IMG/VR virus record: IMGVR_UViG_3300046559_001153
Coordinates: 124,001-188,000 of that record
Length of the DNA stretch: 64,000 nt
Reading direction: 5' to 3' (one strand)
Position 1 is the first letter of the stretch; each line of letters starts with the position of its first letter. The translations under genes were made by a program, and so were the position numbers. This document shows positions 27,207 to 36,836 of this stretch, in pieces. Below the pieces are notes generated by a model. It was not told the DNA's origin and ran no database searches. It saw nothing but the letters and a program-made list of their open reading frames with translations.

Positions 27207-28015
27207 AAGACGACATGCTTCAACTTGATGAACCACATTTGACCATGGCCAAAAGTGCCTGCAACTTCGTTTACGAAGAAATCTTCCTGAACGACGTATA
27301 CGGTTTCCAGCTCTTGCAGAGACCAGTCGGACGTGTCTTGGATATCGGCGCCCACGTTGGCATGGCTTCGACCGCGTGCCGTCTGCTGTGGCCTGAGGCG
27401 GAGATCATCTGCGTTGAACCGCCAACTGGCAACCAGCCCGCATTGTGCCGAATGATTTCCGGGCAGCGTATCCGACTGATAGTCGCCGCTTTGGGTGACG
27501 ACGGGATCGAGATGCTTCATTGTGGAAGCAAAGATCCAAACTTGATTACCGGTGCTCACGGCTATTTCAAGAGCGACGTCTGGACTGACCCAGTTGACCG
27601 CGACAAGACTACGCATAACGTCGGATGTATCGGCCGGTCGCTGCACACGCTGGTCGCAAAATTCAAAACCAAAACTGATGGTCTGGTAGTCAAAATCGAT
27701 TGCGAGGGCGGCGAGTGGTCCATGATGCGAAATAGACAGAGCGATGAAGCTGTTCGATCGGCAGACTACTTGACTATGGAGGCGCACACGTTTGGCGGCT
27801 CACTCAACGGGGCCACCTACGAGGAGATCGCCAATTGGACAAACCGGTTTGCTGAGACACACGATGCGTTGATACCGGAAATCGAACAGTGCTGCCAGGG
27901 CGGGTTTATGCTCGGGCTCCTGAAGAAGGGTTTCGTATCTGAAGAACGAACTGACCGACTGAAACGGCATTTCTTACAACAGGTTGCCGGCCGAGCAACC
28001 ATCCTGACAGACTGA
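27203..28015 (+). CDS. FkbM-family SAM methyltransferase 1
   Basis: VLDIGAHVG, ICVEP, VVKIDCEGGE. Confidence 0.85.
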   Translation: MKDDMLQLDEPHLTMAKSACNFVYEEIFLNDVYGFQLLQRPVGRVLDIGAHVGMASTACRLLWPEAEIICVEPPTGNQPALCRMISGQRIRLIVAALGDDGIEMLHCGSKDPNLITGAHGYFKSDVWTDPVDRDKTTHNVGCIGRSLHTLVAKFKTKTDGLVVKIDCEGGEWSMMRNRQSDEAVRSADYLTMEAHTFGGSLNGATYEEIANWTNRFAETHDALIPEIEQCCQGGFMLGLLKKGFVSEERTDRLKRHFLQQVAGRATILTD

Positions 28016-28024
28016 AAGTGAAGC

Positions 28025-28714
28025 ATGGCCAAGCTCGATCCGTCTGTCCTACCAGAGGTGACTCGATTCCCCAAGAAGCTGTCCAAACGGGACATCTTCA
28101 TGCTGGTCCGCACGCATGCCCCCCTCATCCTGGAGATCGGCTGCAACGACGGGCAAGACACGCAGGAATTCATGACGCAGTTTGCCAAGGGTGAACTACA
28201 TGCGTTTGAGTGCGATCCACGTCCAATCGCCAAATTCAAAGCCAGGATTCAAGACCCGCGGATTCACCTGCACGAGATGGCTCTGGCCGACAAAAATAGC
28301 GTCATGACGTTGCATATGAGCGGTGGAACCACTGCTGGAGCTGACCGTGAAGACTGGGACATGTCGTCCAGTCTGTTGCCCCCGAATGCCCATCTATGGC
28401 AGCATCCGTGGTGCACATTCGATCGTAAGTGCGAAGTGCCCACGATGCGTTTAGACGACTGGGCCACCCGAGTGATTCCTGGCCGCACGGTCGATTTTGT
28501 GTGGATGGACGTACAGGGAGCCGAGCGGCTGGTGTTCGCCGGCGGACAGGATACATTTTTGAATCGTACACGTTTTGTGTATGCCGAGTTTTCTGTGATT
28601 GAGGAGTACACAGGTTGCTGGCTGGTTAATGATCTGGTGGCTGCGTTTCAAGGGTTCAAACCGATCGGCATTTACGAGAATTACAACGTTTTACTGGCAC
28701 GACAGGGATTGTGA
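28025..28714 (+). CDS. FkbM-family SAM methyltransferase 2
   Basis: LEIGCNDG, HAFECDP, MSSSLL, VDFVWMDVQGAE. Confidence 0.9.
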   Translation: MAKLDPSVLPEVTRFPKKLSKRDIFMLVRTHAPLILEIGCNDGQDTQEFMTQFAKGELHAFECDPRPIAKFKARIQDPRIHLHEMALADKNSVMTLHMSGGTTAGADREDWDMSSSLLPPNAHLWQHPWCTFDRKCEVPTMRLDDWATRVIPGRTVDFVWMDVQGAERLVFAGGQDTFLNRTRFVYAEFSVIEEYTGCWLVNDLVAAFQGFKPIGIYENYNVLLARQGL

Positions 28715-29421
28715 TGTCAAACCATCCGACCAGCTACGAATACTTGCGAGAGTACCAACAGATCAGCGAGGGGCTGCACACCTATCTTGATCTGCATCCA
28801 ATTGTCAAAGACCACGGCAGTCAGGCTGAAGAGGACGAGATCCTGGCCGAGCTGTTGCCCAATCCGTACGGACTCTATGTTGACGTCGGGTCGTACCACC
28901 AGTCTGAGTGCAGCAACACCTGGAAATTCTACAAACGAGGCTGGCGTGGTCTGCTCGTGGAGCCTGTGCCCATGTTCCAGCCACGGTTATTGCGTCACCG
29001 TCCTGGGGATGCCATCTTCCCTGTTGCCGCGTCAAACAAGACCGGTTACGCCTTGCTTAGATACTGCGGGTCGGTGAGTTCTCTGCAGGCTGACTGGCCG
29101 ATAGACGTCAGAACACACATTGTCGTCGAGACGATGACGCTGACTGAGATCTTGCGACAGTTCCCCGGGTTTATGCGTTCGGCAATTGAACGCGGCGCGT
29201 GGGACTTGTGTTCAATTGATGTCGAAGGTCACGAGCGAGAGGTGATCGAGGGGATTGATTTTAGCGTCTTCAGACCGAAGGTGATGTGCGTCGAGTACAT
29301 CTCTTACACGGACAACAACACGGGTGTCGACTTGTCGGGCGACTGGGACCAGCTACTGTTTGCTCAGGGATATGAGTTTTACAAACAGACCAAGTTCAAC
29401 AAAATTTACCGCGTGGTATAA
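28711..29421 (+). CDS. FkbM-family SAM methyltransferase 3
   Basis: YVDVGSYH...SNTW.FY..GWRGLLVEP, CSIDVEGHE. Confidence 0.9.
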   Translation: MMSNHPTSYEYLREYQQISEGLHTYLDLHPIVKDHGSQAEEDEILAELLPNPYGLYVDVGSYHQSECSNTWKFYKRGWRGLLVEPVPMFQPRLLRHRPGDAIFPVAASNKTGYALLRYCGSVSSLQADWPIDVRTHIVVETMTLTEILRQFPGFMRSAIERGAWDLCSIDVEGHEREVIEGIDFSVFRPKVMCVEYISYTDNNTGVDLSGDWDQLLFAQGYEFYKQTKFNKIYRVV

Positions 29422-29423
29422 CA

Positions 29424-30338
29424 ATGCAAATCGTTGACGTGCCAGCACGTTTCCAAAGCCCGTTTCACGCGTACCCGCCGCATACGCGAACGAACATCGA
29501 GAGCTTTTTCCTCGATTTTGCCAAAAGAAACATCGGCATCATCAAGACACATTTGAACTACCTGCCCATTCTGTGGACCAACAATTACGTCAGCTACCGC
29601 AACCGCGAGAAACGGGCTGATTTTCGAGCTGACCCGGAGATTCAACAGTGGCTCGATCAGCATGGTCCCGCATTAGGCCCTTGCTTCACTGTCGTTCAGA
29701 ATGATGACGGGCCTTACGAGACGCTGCCGCCCAACATCAAAGTGTTCGGCGCCGGCGGTACAGGCCATGTGGCCATTCCCCTGTTGTGCGACGCTCATCC
29801 TCGCCGAGGGATACCCAGGCAGAACAGGGCTTTCTTCACTGGTCAGATGAACTGCGGCGGTCCCGAGGCCGGTGTACACGGCCGGTCGTCCTGGAACCCG
29901 AATGGAGCTGGTGCACGAATCAGGCGGTCTATGTTTAAGGCTTTTGCCGACGCGCATGATCCGGAGTTTGTTGTCTCCGGCAAGCCTGGGCCGAACCCCC
30001 AGGCTGAATTTGAGATCGGCTTGTCAGCGTCAATCTTCGGGTTGGCACCGCGTGGGTACGGCAAAACGTCATTTCGTCTTTACGAAGCCATGCAGCTCGG
30101 AGCGATCCCCGTTTACATCTATGACGAACCGTGGCTTCCGTTCGCCAAAGAGATTCACTGGCCAGCTTTCTGTGTATTGTGTCCTGAGAGCGAGATTGCC
30201 GCTTTGCCTCAAAAACTCAAAAGCATGACTCAGGACGAGATTTCGAGATTGCAAGATAACCTCGATCGCATCTATCCTCTGTACTTTACGCTAGAGGCTG
30301 CGAGCTGGCAGATCATCAAAATTCTCGAAAGTCAGTAA
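29424..30338 (+). CDS. Exostosin-family (GT47) glycosyltransferase
   Basis: SIFGLAPRGYGKTSFRLYEAMQLGAIPVYI..EPWLPF. Confidence 0.85.
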   Translation: MQIVDVPARFQSPFHAYPPHTRTNIESFFLDFAKRNIGIIKTHLNYLPILWTNNYVSYRNREKRADFRADPEIQQWLDQHGPALGPCFTVVQNDDGPYETLPPNIKVFGAGGTGHVAIPLLCDAHPRRGIPRQNRAFFTGQMNCGGPEAGVHGRSSWNPNGAGARIRRSMFKAFADAHDPEFVVSGKPGPNPQAEFEIGLSASIFGLAPRGYGKTSFRLYEAMQLGAIPVYIYDEPWLPFAKEIHWPAFCVLCPESEIAALPQKLKSMTQDEISRLQDNLDRIYPLYFTLEAASWQIIKILESQ

Positions 30339-31000
30339 TGGCACACGGCTATATCAACGGTAAAGCCCCCCGACGAATAGATGACATTCCAATTTCCTGG
30401 GTGTTTGTCGACCTTGAAGGTGTCCTGGCCAATTTGGCTACGGCCATATTCGAGCACCTGGATCGACCAAGTTTGATCGCTGAGCCCTGGCCGGCCGGCG
30501 CCACGATCGAGGATCGACTGGGTGTCACGAAGAAGTACATGTTCGATTTGCTTATTCGCGATTCGGCGTTGATCTGGAAAAAGGTCAAACCATATCCGTG
30601 GGCTCGCAACCTGCTGACCAACCTCCGGGCACCGCGGGTGATCGTGACTGGCGGTCGATGGGGGATAGGGGCTATCACAGATAAATGGAAATGGTGTGAA
30701 CGCCATGTGAACGGAAAGTTCTCCGATCTAGTAGTCATTCAGCACAGGCATCTTCTGGCCGGCAGAGAAGCTCTGTTAATTGACGATCACGCCGGCCACA
30801 CCGAGCGATTTAAGTCGTGCGGAGGGCATAGCTTGCTCTTTCCGCAGCCGTGGAATGCAGTCGACGACACGAGCTCTGAACCTGATACAGTGTTGGACGG
30901 GGTGATGGGCCAGATCAGGTGTCGATACCTGTGTGCGGCAGTTCCAGAAACTCAAGCCAGGGACACGCAGTATGGACAGTTCGCTAGCGAATTTACTTGA
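30338..31000 (+). CDS. HAD-like 5'(3')-deoxyribonucleotidase family protein
   Basis: FVDLEGVLAN (degenerate DxD), K..WCERH, LLIDD...F...GG..LLFPQPWN. Confidence 0.7.
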   Translation: MAHGYINGKAPRRIDDIPISWVFVDLEGVLANLATAIFEHLDRPSLIAEPWPAGATIEDRLGVTKKYMFDLLIRDSALIWKKVKPYPWARNLLTNLRAPRVIVTGGRWGIGAITDKWKWCERHVNGKFSDLVVIQHRHLLAGREALLIDDHAGHTERFKSCGGHSLLFPQPWNAVDDTSSEPDTVLDGVMGQIRCRYLCAAVPETQARDTQYGQFASEFT

Positions 31001-31556
31001 AACGTGCCGAGGACGAGAGCATTTACCAGCCGTATTGAATGCGGCGGGCTTGCTCGGGTTCGGCATTGAAATTGGTGCGGCCGAGGGCGGCCACGCTGAG
31101 TACCTGCGAAAGGAATGGAAAGGCAAGAAGTTGTGGATGGTCGATCCGTGGATTGAGCAGCCTGTCGCCGAGTACATCGACGGCTGCAACCAGCCGCAAG
31201 CTGGCCAGGACGCCAACATGGCAGATTGTTACGCCCGGATGACCAAATTCCCAGCCGAGTCGTACGAGATCATCCGTGGCATGTCGCTGGACGTCGTAAC
31301 CGACTTCCCGGATCACTATTTTGATTTTGTCTACCTCGACGGGAATCACAATCGCTGGGCGATCGAGGCTGACATCCTTGCCTGGCTGTTGAAGATGAAA
31401 ACCGGCGGCGTGTTTGCCGGTCATGACTACGTGCCTGACTGTGCGACATATGGTGTACAGGCCGCGGTTAATGCCTTCTGCCAGACGACCGGTCGTCAAT
31501 TGTTTGTTATCCCTGGTCATGAATTCTGCAACCCCTCGTGGGCTGTGATTGTTTGA
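30972..31556 (+). CDS. Class I SAM methyltransferase (Methyltransf_24-like)
   Basis: GIEIGAAEG, WMVDPW, FDFVYLDGNH, GGVFAGHDY. Confidence 0.85.
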   Translation: MDSSLANLLETCRGREHLPAVLNAAGLLGFGIEIGAAEGGHAEYLRKEWKGKKLWMVDPWIEQPVAEYIDGCNQPQAGQDANMADCYARMTKFPAESYEIIRGMSLDVVTDFPDHYFDFVYLDGNHNRWAIEADILAWLLKMKTGGVFAGHDYVPDCATYGVQAAVNAFCQTTGRQLFVIPGHEFCNPSWAVIV

Positions 31557-31567
31557 TTTGTGTTGCC

Positions 31568-31681
31568 GCTGCGGAGGCTTGGTGTGATCAAAGCACACGA
31601 TGGCGAAAGCATCCCGGGATCAGTGTTGCCCGGCAGCCATGATTGGTATAAGACCCGTGGGTTCGATCCCCACCCGCAGCG
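31568..31681 (+). ncRNA. tRNA-like RNA (acceptor, D and T arms) lacking a canonical anticodon arm
   Basis: GCTGCGG/CCGCAGC acceptor, GCTT/AAGC D stem, GTGGG-TTCGATC-CCCAC T arm, and a 61-nt insert between the D and T arms. Confidence 0.55.
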
Positions 31682-31682
31682 T

Positions 31683-31700
31683 TAACTTTTCGTAAAGTTA
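31683..31700. promoter_or_regulatory. Palindromic motif, copy 3
   Basis: TAACTTTTCGTAAAGTTA, 20 nt before ATG 31721. Confidence 0.8.
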
Positions 31701-31720
31701 CCTCTTACCGAAAGTTTATC

Positions 31721-33283
31721 ATGCCCGAATACACCTGGCTTCTGGCCGGAGGCGCCGCCCTTACCGGTGTGCTGACCACTTGCTGGCAGTACGTTCGAAT
31801 GATCTACCAGTGGATGTACAGCTGGCTGTTCGTGACGGCCGACATGCATCAGTGGCAGTCGGAAATCTTCATCCAGTATCTGACTGAGAATTTCACGTCG
31901 ACTCCTTACGGTCCACGCATGTTTTTGACGTGGTGGATGCCGCTTCCGCGTCGCCGTCGAACATTGCCTGTCCTCTTCTCCGTGCCGCCGGTTGCTGGCA
32001 CGATTTACTGGAAAGGTTGGAGACCTCTGTGGCTGAACAAGAAGACCACGCAAAGCGGCTCGGCGAACACAGCATCAGACCCTACTGATGACCGACGAAT
32101 TGGTGCCAGTCTAGCTTTTCTACGCGGTACATTCAATCTTCACCAGTTGATGATTGACTCGGTGGCCGCCCTACGAATTAACAACGCTGGCAAGAGCCGT
32201 TTTTACGTCAAGAGGCTGTTTGGCCAGCGTGGAATGTACGTCACAAAGGACGGCAATGAACCGAGAGCCAGTCGTGGGGGAACGATTCAGGGCATGGGAA
32301 GTGGTAACCTGGTAAGCATTCTTCCCGGATTACCGCTGAATTATTCTCTGGAAGATGTCCAGCCTGTCGCCATGTCCGACAGAGCAGGCTTCCGTGGTCT
32401 GGTATTCGATGAAAAGACAGAAGAGCTGGCCGATTTTGTTAAGGGGTGGCTGCATGAAGAATCGTGGTATCACGATCACATGATCGCCTGGAAAGTGGGG
32501 ATCGGCCTGTTTGGTCAACCTGGTTGCGGGAAGACCAGCTTTGCCCGAGCGTTGGGGGAGGAATTGGATATGCCAATTTTCGCAATTGCCTTGCCTACCT
32601 GTACTGACGAGGATTTCGAGGTGCACTGGGGTTATGCTTTGAGCAACGGGCCGTGTATTGTGTTGCTCGAGGATATCGACAATGCCTATGACGGACGCAC
32701 GCCACGTCATGAGGATCAGGTAGGATTCGACCTGCTTCTTAACTGCATCGACGGCGCGGCTACCAGTGACGGGCTTGTGGTGATCATCACAACCAATTGC
32801 GTCGAGAAGCTGGATCCGGCCCTCCGCCGTCCTGGACGAATTGACCGAATGATTGAGCTCAAGCCGCCTACGTCGGAAAACTGCCTGAAGTTGTGCGGCC
32901 GATTTTTTGATCCAGACGACGCCCTGCTCGCTCGTGTTCATGCCAAACTGGTCGGCCAGACCGGTGCAACTATCGTGCAGTACTGCTCACGGTTGTCTCT
33001 TCAATTGAAATGGGGACATCCGGTCGACGAGCTGCCTGACGTGACTGACTTTGTGACGACAGCTGAATCGAATGTCGCTGTACCTGAGCCGAAAAAGGAT
33101 GTGCAGACAGTTATCCGCGAGACTGGTGAGATTGCTAAACGTGATCTGGCTGCTATGGTCAGCCGCCTGTTGCCTAAGCCCGGGCGTGGGATGAACTACG
33201 CTGACGAAGTTGCAGCACTCAGCGACGAGGAGCCGTTACAGAGCCCGTTCCAAAGTGTCCACAGCACCGCTAACGAGGGTTAA
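31721..33283 (+). CDS. BCS1-like AAA+ ATPase with N-terminal membrane anchor
   Basis: Walker A GQPGCGKTS, Walker B VLLEDID, LLNCIDG, TTN...LDPALRRPGRID. Confidence 0.88.
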   Translation: MPEYTWLLAGGAALTGVLTTCWQYVRMIYQWMYSWLFVTADMHQWQSEIFIQYLTENFTSTPYGPRMFLTWWMPLPRRRRTLPVLFSVPPVAGTIYWKGWRPLWLNKKTTQSGSANTASDPTDDRRIGASLAFLRGTFNLHQLMIDSVAALRINNAGKSRFYVKRLFGQRGMYVTKDGNEPRASRGGTIQGMGSGNLVSILPGLPLNYSLEDVQPVAMSDRAGFRGLVFDEKTEELADFVKGWLHEESWYHDHMIAWKVGIGLFGQPGCGKTSFARALGEELDMPIFAIALPTCTDEDFEVHWGYALSNGPCIVLLEDIDNAYDGRTPRHEDQVGFDLLLNCIDGAATSDGLVVIITTNCVEKLDPALRRPGRIDRMIELKPPTSENCLKLCGRFFDPDDALLARVHAKLVGQTGATIVQYCSRLSLQLKWGHPVDELPDVTDFVTTAESNVAVPEPKKDVQTVIRETGEIAKRDLAAMVSRLLPKPGRGMNYADEVAALSDEEPLQSPFQSVHSTANEG

Positions 33284-33285
33284 CT

Positions 33286-34230
33286 ATGTTCAGTTTCGCG
33301 ACGACGACTTACAACGAGACGCTCAAGACAGGCAACGGTTCCTGGTTTCTAGAGTGTCTCAAGGTGCCAATTGAGGATGACCGAGTCACGGAGATCGTGG
33401 TCTCGGACGATTGTTCGTCCGACTACGACGCCTTGTGCAAACTGGTGGCCCATTTGCCAAAGGTGAAGATGTTTCGTCTACCGGAGAACCGCGGGCCTTT
33501 CGGTAACAAGATCGAATCGGTGCGACGATCAACGTGTGACTGGGTCATCATTGGTGATTCAGACAACACAATCACACCGGACTATCTCCGTGTTGCCAGT
33601 GAGAACCTGGGCGATCCGACTCGTCTGTTGTGCCCGACTTACGCGGCGCCCAACTTTGATTACCGCCACATGGGGGGCCAGATCATCGGTCCGGGTGATT
33701 TTGCTCGTATGACCACCGAGAAGCTCTTCTGGTGTTTCGTTAACACGGGCAACTGGGTATTGAACCGACAACGGTTCAACCAGGCTTTCGATCGATTCTT
33801 CGACAAGCCCCGTTTTGACCACGAGCAGCCAGACTACCTCGCGGCACCCTGGCGCAGCACGCTCAGGCACCGACAGGTTTACGACTCGGCCGACAGCTTC
33901 TATATCAACCGAACATGGCTCATGGCTGACCCGGCTAACCGAATGTTCGCCGTTCCCGATCTGATCTATGAGCACAGATGGAGACGAGACAGTACGTACG
34001 ACCGCGGTGGGCCCGAGAAAGAAATGCTCATCCCGGTCTACTACTACGAGTTGCTCGACTTCGCGAAGGGGGAGCGACATAACTGGCGCGTTCTCGGGCG
34101 AGGGCATGACGCAAACATCATTCTGCAGAAGACAGAGCTTGGCCAGGCAGTCGGTTCGCCGTGCGATGTGTTGCATTTGAACTGCCACGATTATCACATT
34201 GTCAAAACCGAGAGGAAGCCAAAACTATGA
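33286..34230 (+). CDS. Glycosyltransferase family 2-like
   Basis: TTTYNE, EIVVSDDCSSD, NRGPFGNK, WVIIGDSDN. Confidence 0.78.
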   Translation: MFSFATTTYNETLKTGNGSWFLECLKVPIEDDRVTEIVVSDDCSSDYDALCKLVAHLPKVKMFRLPENRGPFGNKIESVRRSTCDWVIIGDSDNTITPDYLRVASENLGDPTRLLCPTYAAPNFDYRHMGGQIIGPGDFARMTTEKLFWCFVNTGNWVLNRQRFNQAFDRFFDKPRFDHEQPDYLAAPWRSTLRHRQVYDSADSFYINRTWLMADPANRMFAVPDLIYEHRWRRDSTYDRGGPEKEMLIPVYYYELLDFAKGERHNWRVLGRGHDANIILQKTELGQAVGSPCDVLHLNCHDYHIVKTERKPKL

Positions 34231-35174
34231 GCGGCGTGATCACGATGACCAAGTTCGGCCGCATGGGCCGGTTCGGGAATCAGATCTTTCAACTGATGTT
34301 CCTGGCCGACTACGCCCGAGTACACAATCTCGAGTTGCAGCTACCCCCGTGGGTGGGCGATCAGCTGTTCAAACGGCACTTCAGCCCGATGACAGTCCGT
34401 GGTTTGCAGACAGCTGTCGAGCATGACGAGACGTTTGGACGGGGTGTGGGGATCTTTCCGACGGAGCGAGCCAAGGGAATCTCTCGCAGCAATTTCGATT
34501 ATCACGGGTATGGCCAATATCACACCAGCTACTACGCTCCGAACAGGGCATATTTGACCAGTCTGTTTGACTTGCAACCCGAAGTGACCGAGCGACTGTC
34601 TGAGCCTGTTACCAAACTTCGAAACATGGGCAAGACGATTGTGGGCGTTCATCTGCGTCGCGGTGATTACGGCCGAGGCATGTTCTACATCACACCTGTG
34701 GCCTGGTACTTGGATCTGTTGGAGACGTTGTGGCCAACGCTGGATGAACCAGTTCTGTTCATCTCGACCGAGACTCCGGCACTTGTCCCGGAGTTTGCCA
34801 AGTTCAATCCGCAGACGTCCGAATCGTTAGGCATCGACTTACGGGCCAAACCGCTGACCGGTTACAACTATCTGAGGCACGATTTGCGAAGTGCCGACCC
34901 GCGACAGCTGGATTGGGTTCCTGACTGGGTGCTATTACGCCACTGTAACATGCTGCTCATTCCGAACAGCACATTCTCATTTAGTGCGGCCTTGTTCCCG
35001 CTGTGTGAGAAGCGACGCCAGTGTTTCAAATCCTGCCTGGTTCGCTGTGGCAGCTTCATGTTCGAACCGTTCTCGGCCTGGAACGCCCAGCCGATGACTT
35101 ACGCGAAAGCAGAAGCCTACCCAGATCTGGTCGACCAGATCACTGTGAAGTCGAACCCGTACTGGAAAGACTGA
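34227..35174 (+). CDS. Alpha-1,2-fucosyltransferase-like (GT11)
   Basis: GRFGNQIFQ, VGVHLRRGDY, D..LL..C..L.I.NSTFSF.AA. Confidence 0.88.
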   Translation: MSGVITMTKFGRMGRFGNQIFQLMFLADYARVHNLELQLPPWVGDQLFKRHFSPMTVRGLQTAVEHDETFGRGVGIFPTERAKGISRSNFDYHGYGQYHTSYYAPNRAYLTSLFDLQPEVTERLSEPVTKLRNMGKTIVGVHLRRGDYGRGMFYITPVAWYLDLLETLWPTLDEPVLFISTETPALVPEFAKFNPQTSESLGIDLRAKPLTGYNYLRHDLRSADPRQLDWVPDWVLLRHCNMLLIPNSTFSFSAALFPLCEKRRQCFKSCLVRCGSFMFEPFSAWNAQPMTYAKAEAYPDLVDQITVKSNPYWKD

Positions 35175-35175
35175 G

Positions 35176-35997
35176 ATGCTCCCGCTCGCGGTGGTTATTC
35201 CGACGTGTAACGACCCGCATCGCCTGCGACTGGTCTTGGAAGGATTTAATCGTCAAACCGACAAAGATTTCAATCTGACGATCGTTTCAGACGACGGCGA
35301 CATCAATCAGGAAATGGCCGTTGTGAATGAATATGGGACAATGCCGGGTTGGCGATATGTGCATTTACCAGGCAAGACAGTTCCTTTCAGGGCGGCCGCT
35401 GCCCGTAATCGGGGTCTACAGTTTGCCGTTGGTTCCCGCGTTCTGTTTATGGACGGCGATACTGTCCCGAGCCCGGGCGTCGTAGCTCAGCACAAAACCT
35501 ACGGTGACCGCCTCAGCGTGGTGCTGGGCCGCGTGAGACGCGTGGCTGAAGACAAGGTCATGAATACGGGGATCCCTGACGTCCAGAGGCAATTCGCCGG
35601 CTTCGACCTCAAGGATGACAAGCGACTGGAACTGGGTGGCGTCTATCGCAACCTGCAACAGCAAGTCAACGGCGACAGGCAGCGGTACATGGCCACGCCG
35701 CCATCAAGCTACCGATTCTGCTGGTCGTGTCACATGAGCGTGCCGCTGGACTTGACCAGAACCTTGGGCGGTTTCTGGGAGAAGTTTACGACATTCGGCG
35801 GTGAAGACCAGGAGCTGGGGCTGCGTCTGTTCAAGGCTGGCTGTAACATCGTAGTTGATTTCCACATTGAATCCTGGCATCTTGATCATCCACTACGCGG
35901 CGACCCCAACAGCAACCAACACCATCAGACGATCGCCGAATCATCCAGACAACCGACGCTGGTGCGTAACGGTGGTCCAATTCGTCCTCTCAATTGA
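35176..35997 (+). CDS. Glycosyltransferase family 2 (GT7C-like C-terminus)
   Basis: VVIPT, IVSDDG, AAARNRG, LFMDGD, GGFWEKF..FGGEDQELGLRL. Confidence 0.88.
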   Translation: MLPLAVVIPTCNDPHRLRLVLEGFNRQTDKDFNLTIVSDDGDINQEMAVVNEYGTMPGWRYVHLPGKTVPFRAAAARNRGLQFAVGSRVLFMDGDTVPSPGVVAQHKTYGDRLSVVLGRVRRVAEDKVMNTGIPDVQRQFAGFDLKDDKRLELGGVYRNLQQQVNGDRQRYMATPPSSYRFCWSCHMSVPLDLTRTLGGFWEKFTTFGGEDQELGLRLFKAGCNIVVDFHIESWHLDHPLRGDPNSNQHHQTIAESSRQPTLVRNGGPIRPLN

Positions 35998-36007
35998 AAG
36001 GCTTTAG

Positions 36008-36565
36008 ATGTTCGCCTTATTGCAGGGCCCGGACGACTGGCAAACATTTCAGGGGCAGTTTCTCGCGCAGATGGCCACTTCGAAGATCGAAGTCGGGGCC
36101 GGGTTCTCCGCTGAACCAGTTAACTACCCGTGTCTGGCCGACGTGTTTGCCGTGCCTGGATCAATCCAATGCTGTTTCGTTTACAGACCGGACGCCGCCC
36201 GATTGTTGCTGGCGGCAGAAATGATTTCAGCACCGCCGCCGTCACAACCAGCTGGGATACCGCAAGTGGCGTCAGCTCCCCAGGCTAACCCATCGGACGA
36301 GGATGTGGCTGAGACCTTAGCGTGGACAGATCAGCAAGAGGCTATGAACCGCCACGTTTCGGCCATGTTATTGGCAATCGTGGAGCTCCTGGTCGACACG
36401 TCCATTATCAAACCACCGGCCTTCGAACAGAGGCTGATTGCTGCCCAGCGTACGGTGGACGAGCTGTTAACCGAGAAAAAAGATCGAGCCGGAATCGACC
36501 AGCCACTGAACGAATCTGTCAATTTGGTTCTCAAACGGCTGGGATACAGGGTGGAAGACCGTTGA
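36008..36565 (+). CDS. Hypothetical protein
   Basis: 185-aa ORF. Confidence 0.65.
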   Translation: MFALLQGPDDWQTFQGQFLAQMATSKIEVGAGFSAEPVNYPCLADVFAVPGSIQCCFVYRPDAARLLLAAEMISAPPPSQPAGIPQVASAPQANPSDEDVAETLAWTDQQEAMNRHVSAMLLAIVELLVDTSIIKPPAFEQRLIAAQRTVDELLTEKKDRAGIDQPLNESVNLVLKRLGYRVEDR

Positions 36566-36836
36566 AAATACTGTTAAGCTGCTTAAAGTGCCGTTCTACA
36601 GGTTAGTTGCAGGCGCCAACTGGTTAGGATGTTGCGTGCTCGAAGGGATGTCGAAAACGAAACAAGGAAAACAGCGGCGTAACTTCATGTTGGCCGCGGT
36701 TGGTGGAGTGACGGATGCGCCCATGTTGCCGTCACACGCTGTCGTCCGCAAACGGCAGCACGGACCTGGGGTAGGGGATCCCGGGGGCTTGAAGAATGGC
36801 GATCTCGTTTAACCAAAAATCACCAAGGAACCAGTC

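Noticed and set aside
31568-31681. tRNA-Sec
   Set aside because: The TCA is not in a 7-nt anticodon loop, and the acceptor and D arm do not fit the Sec 8/5 fold.
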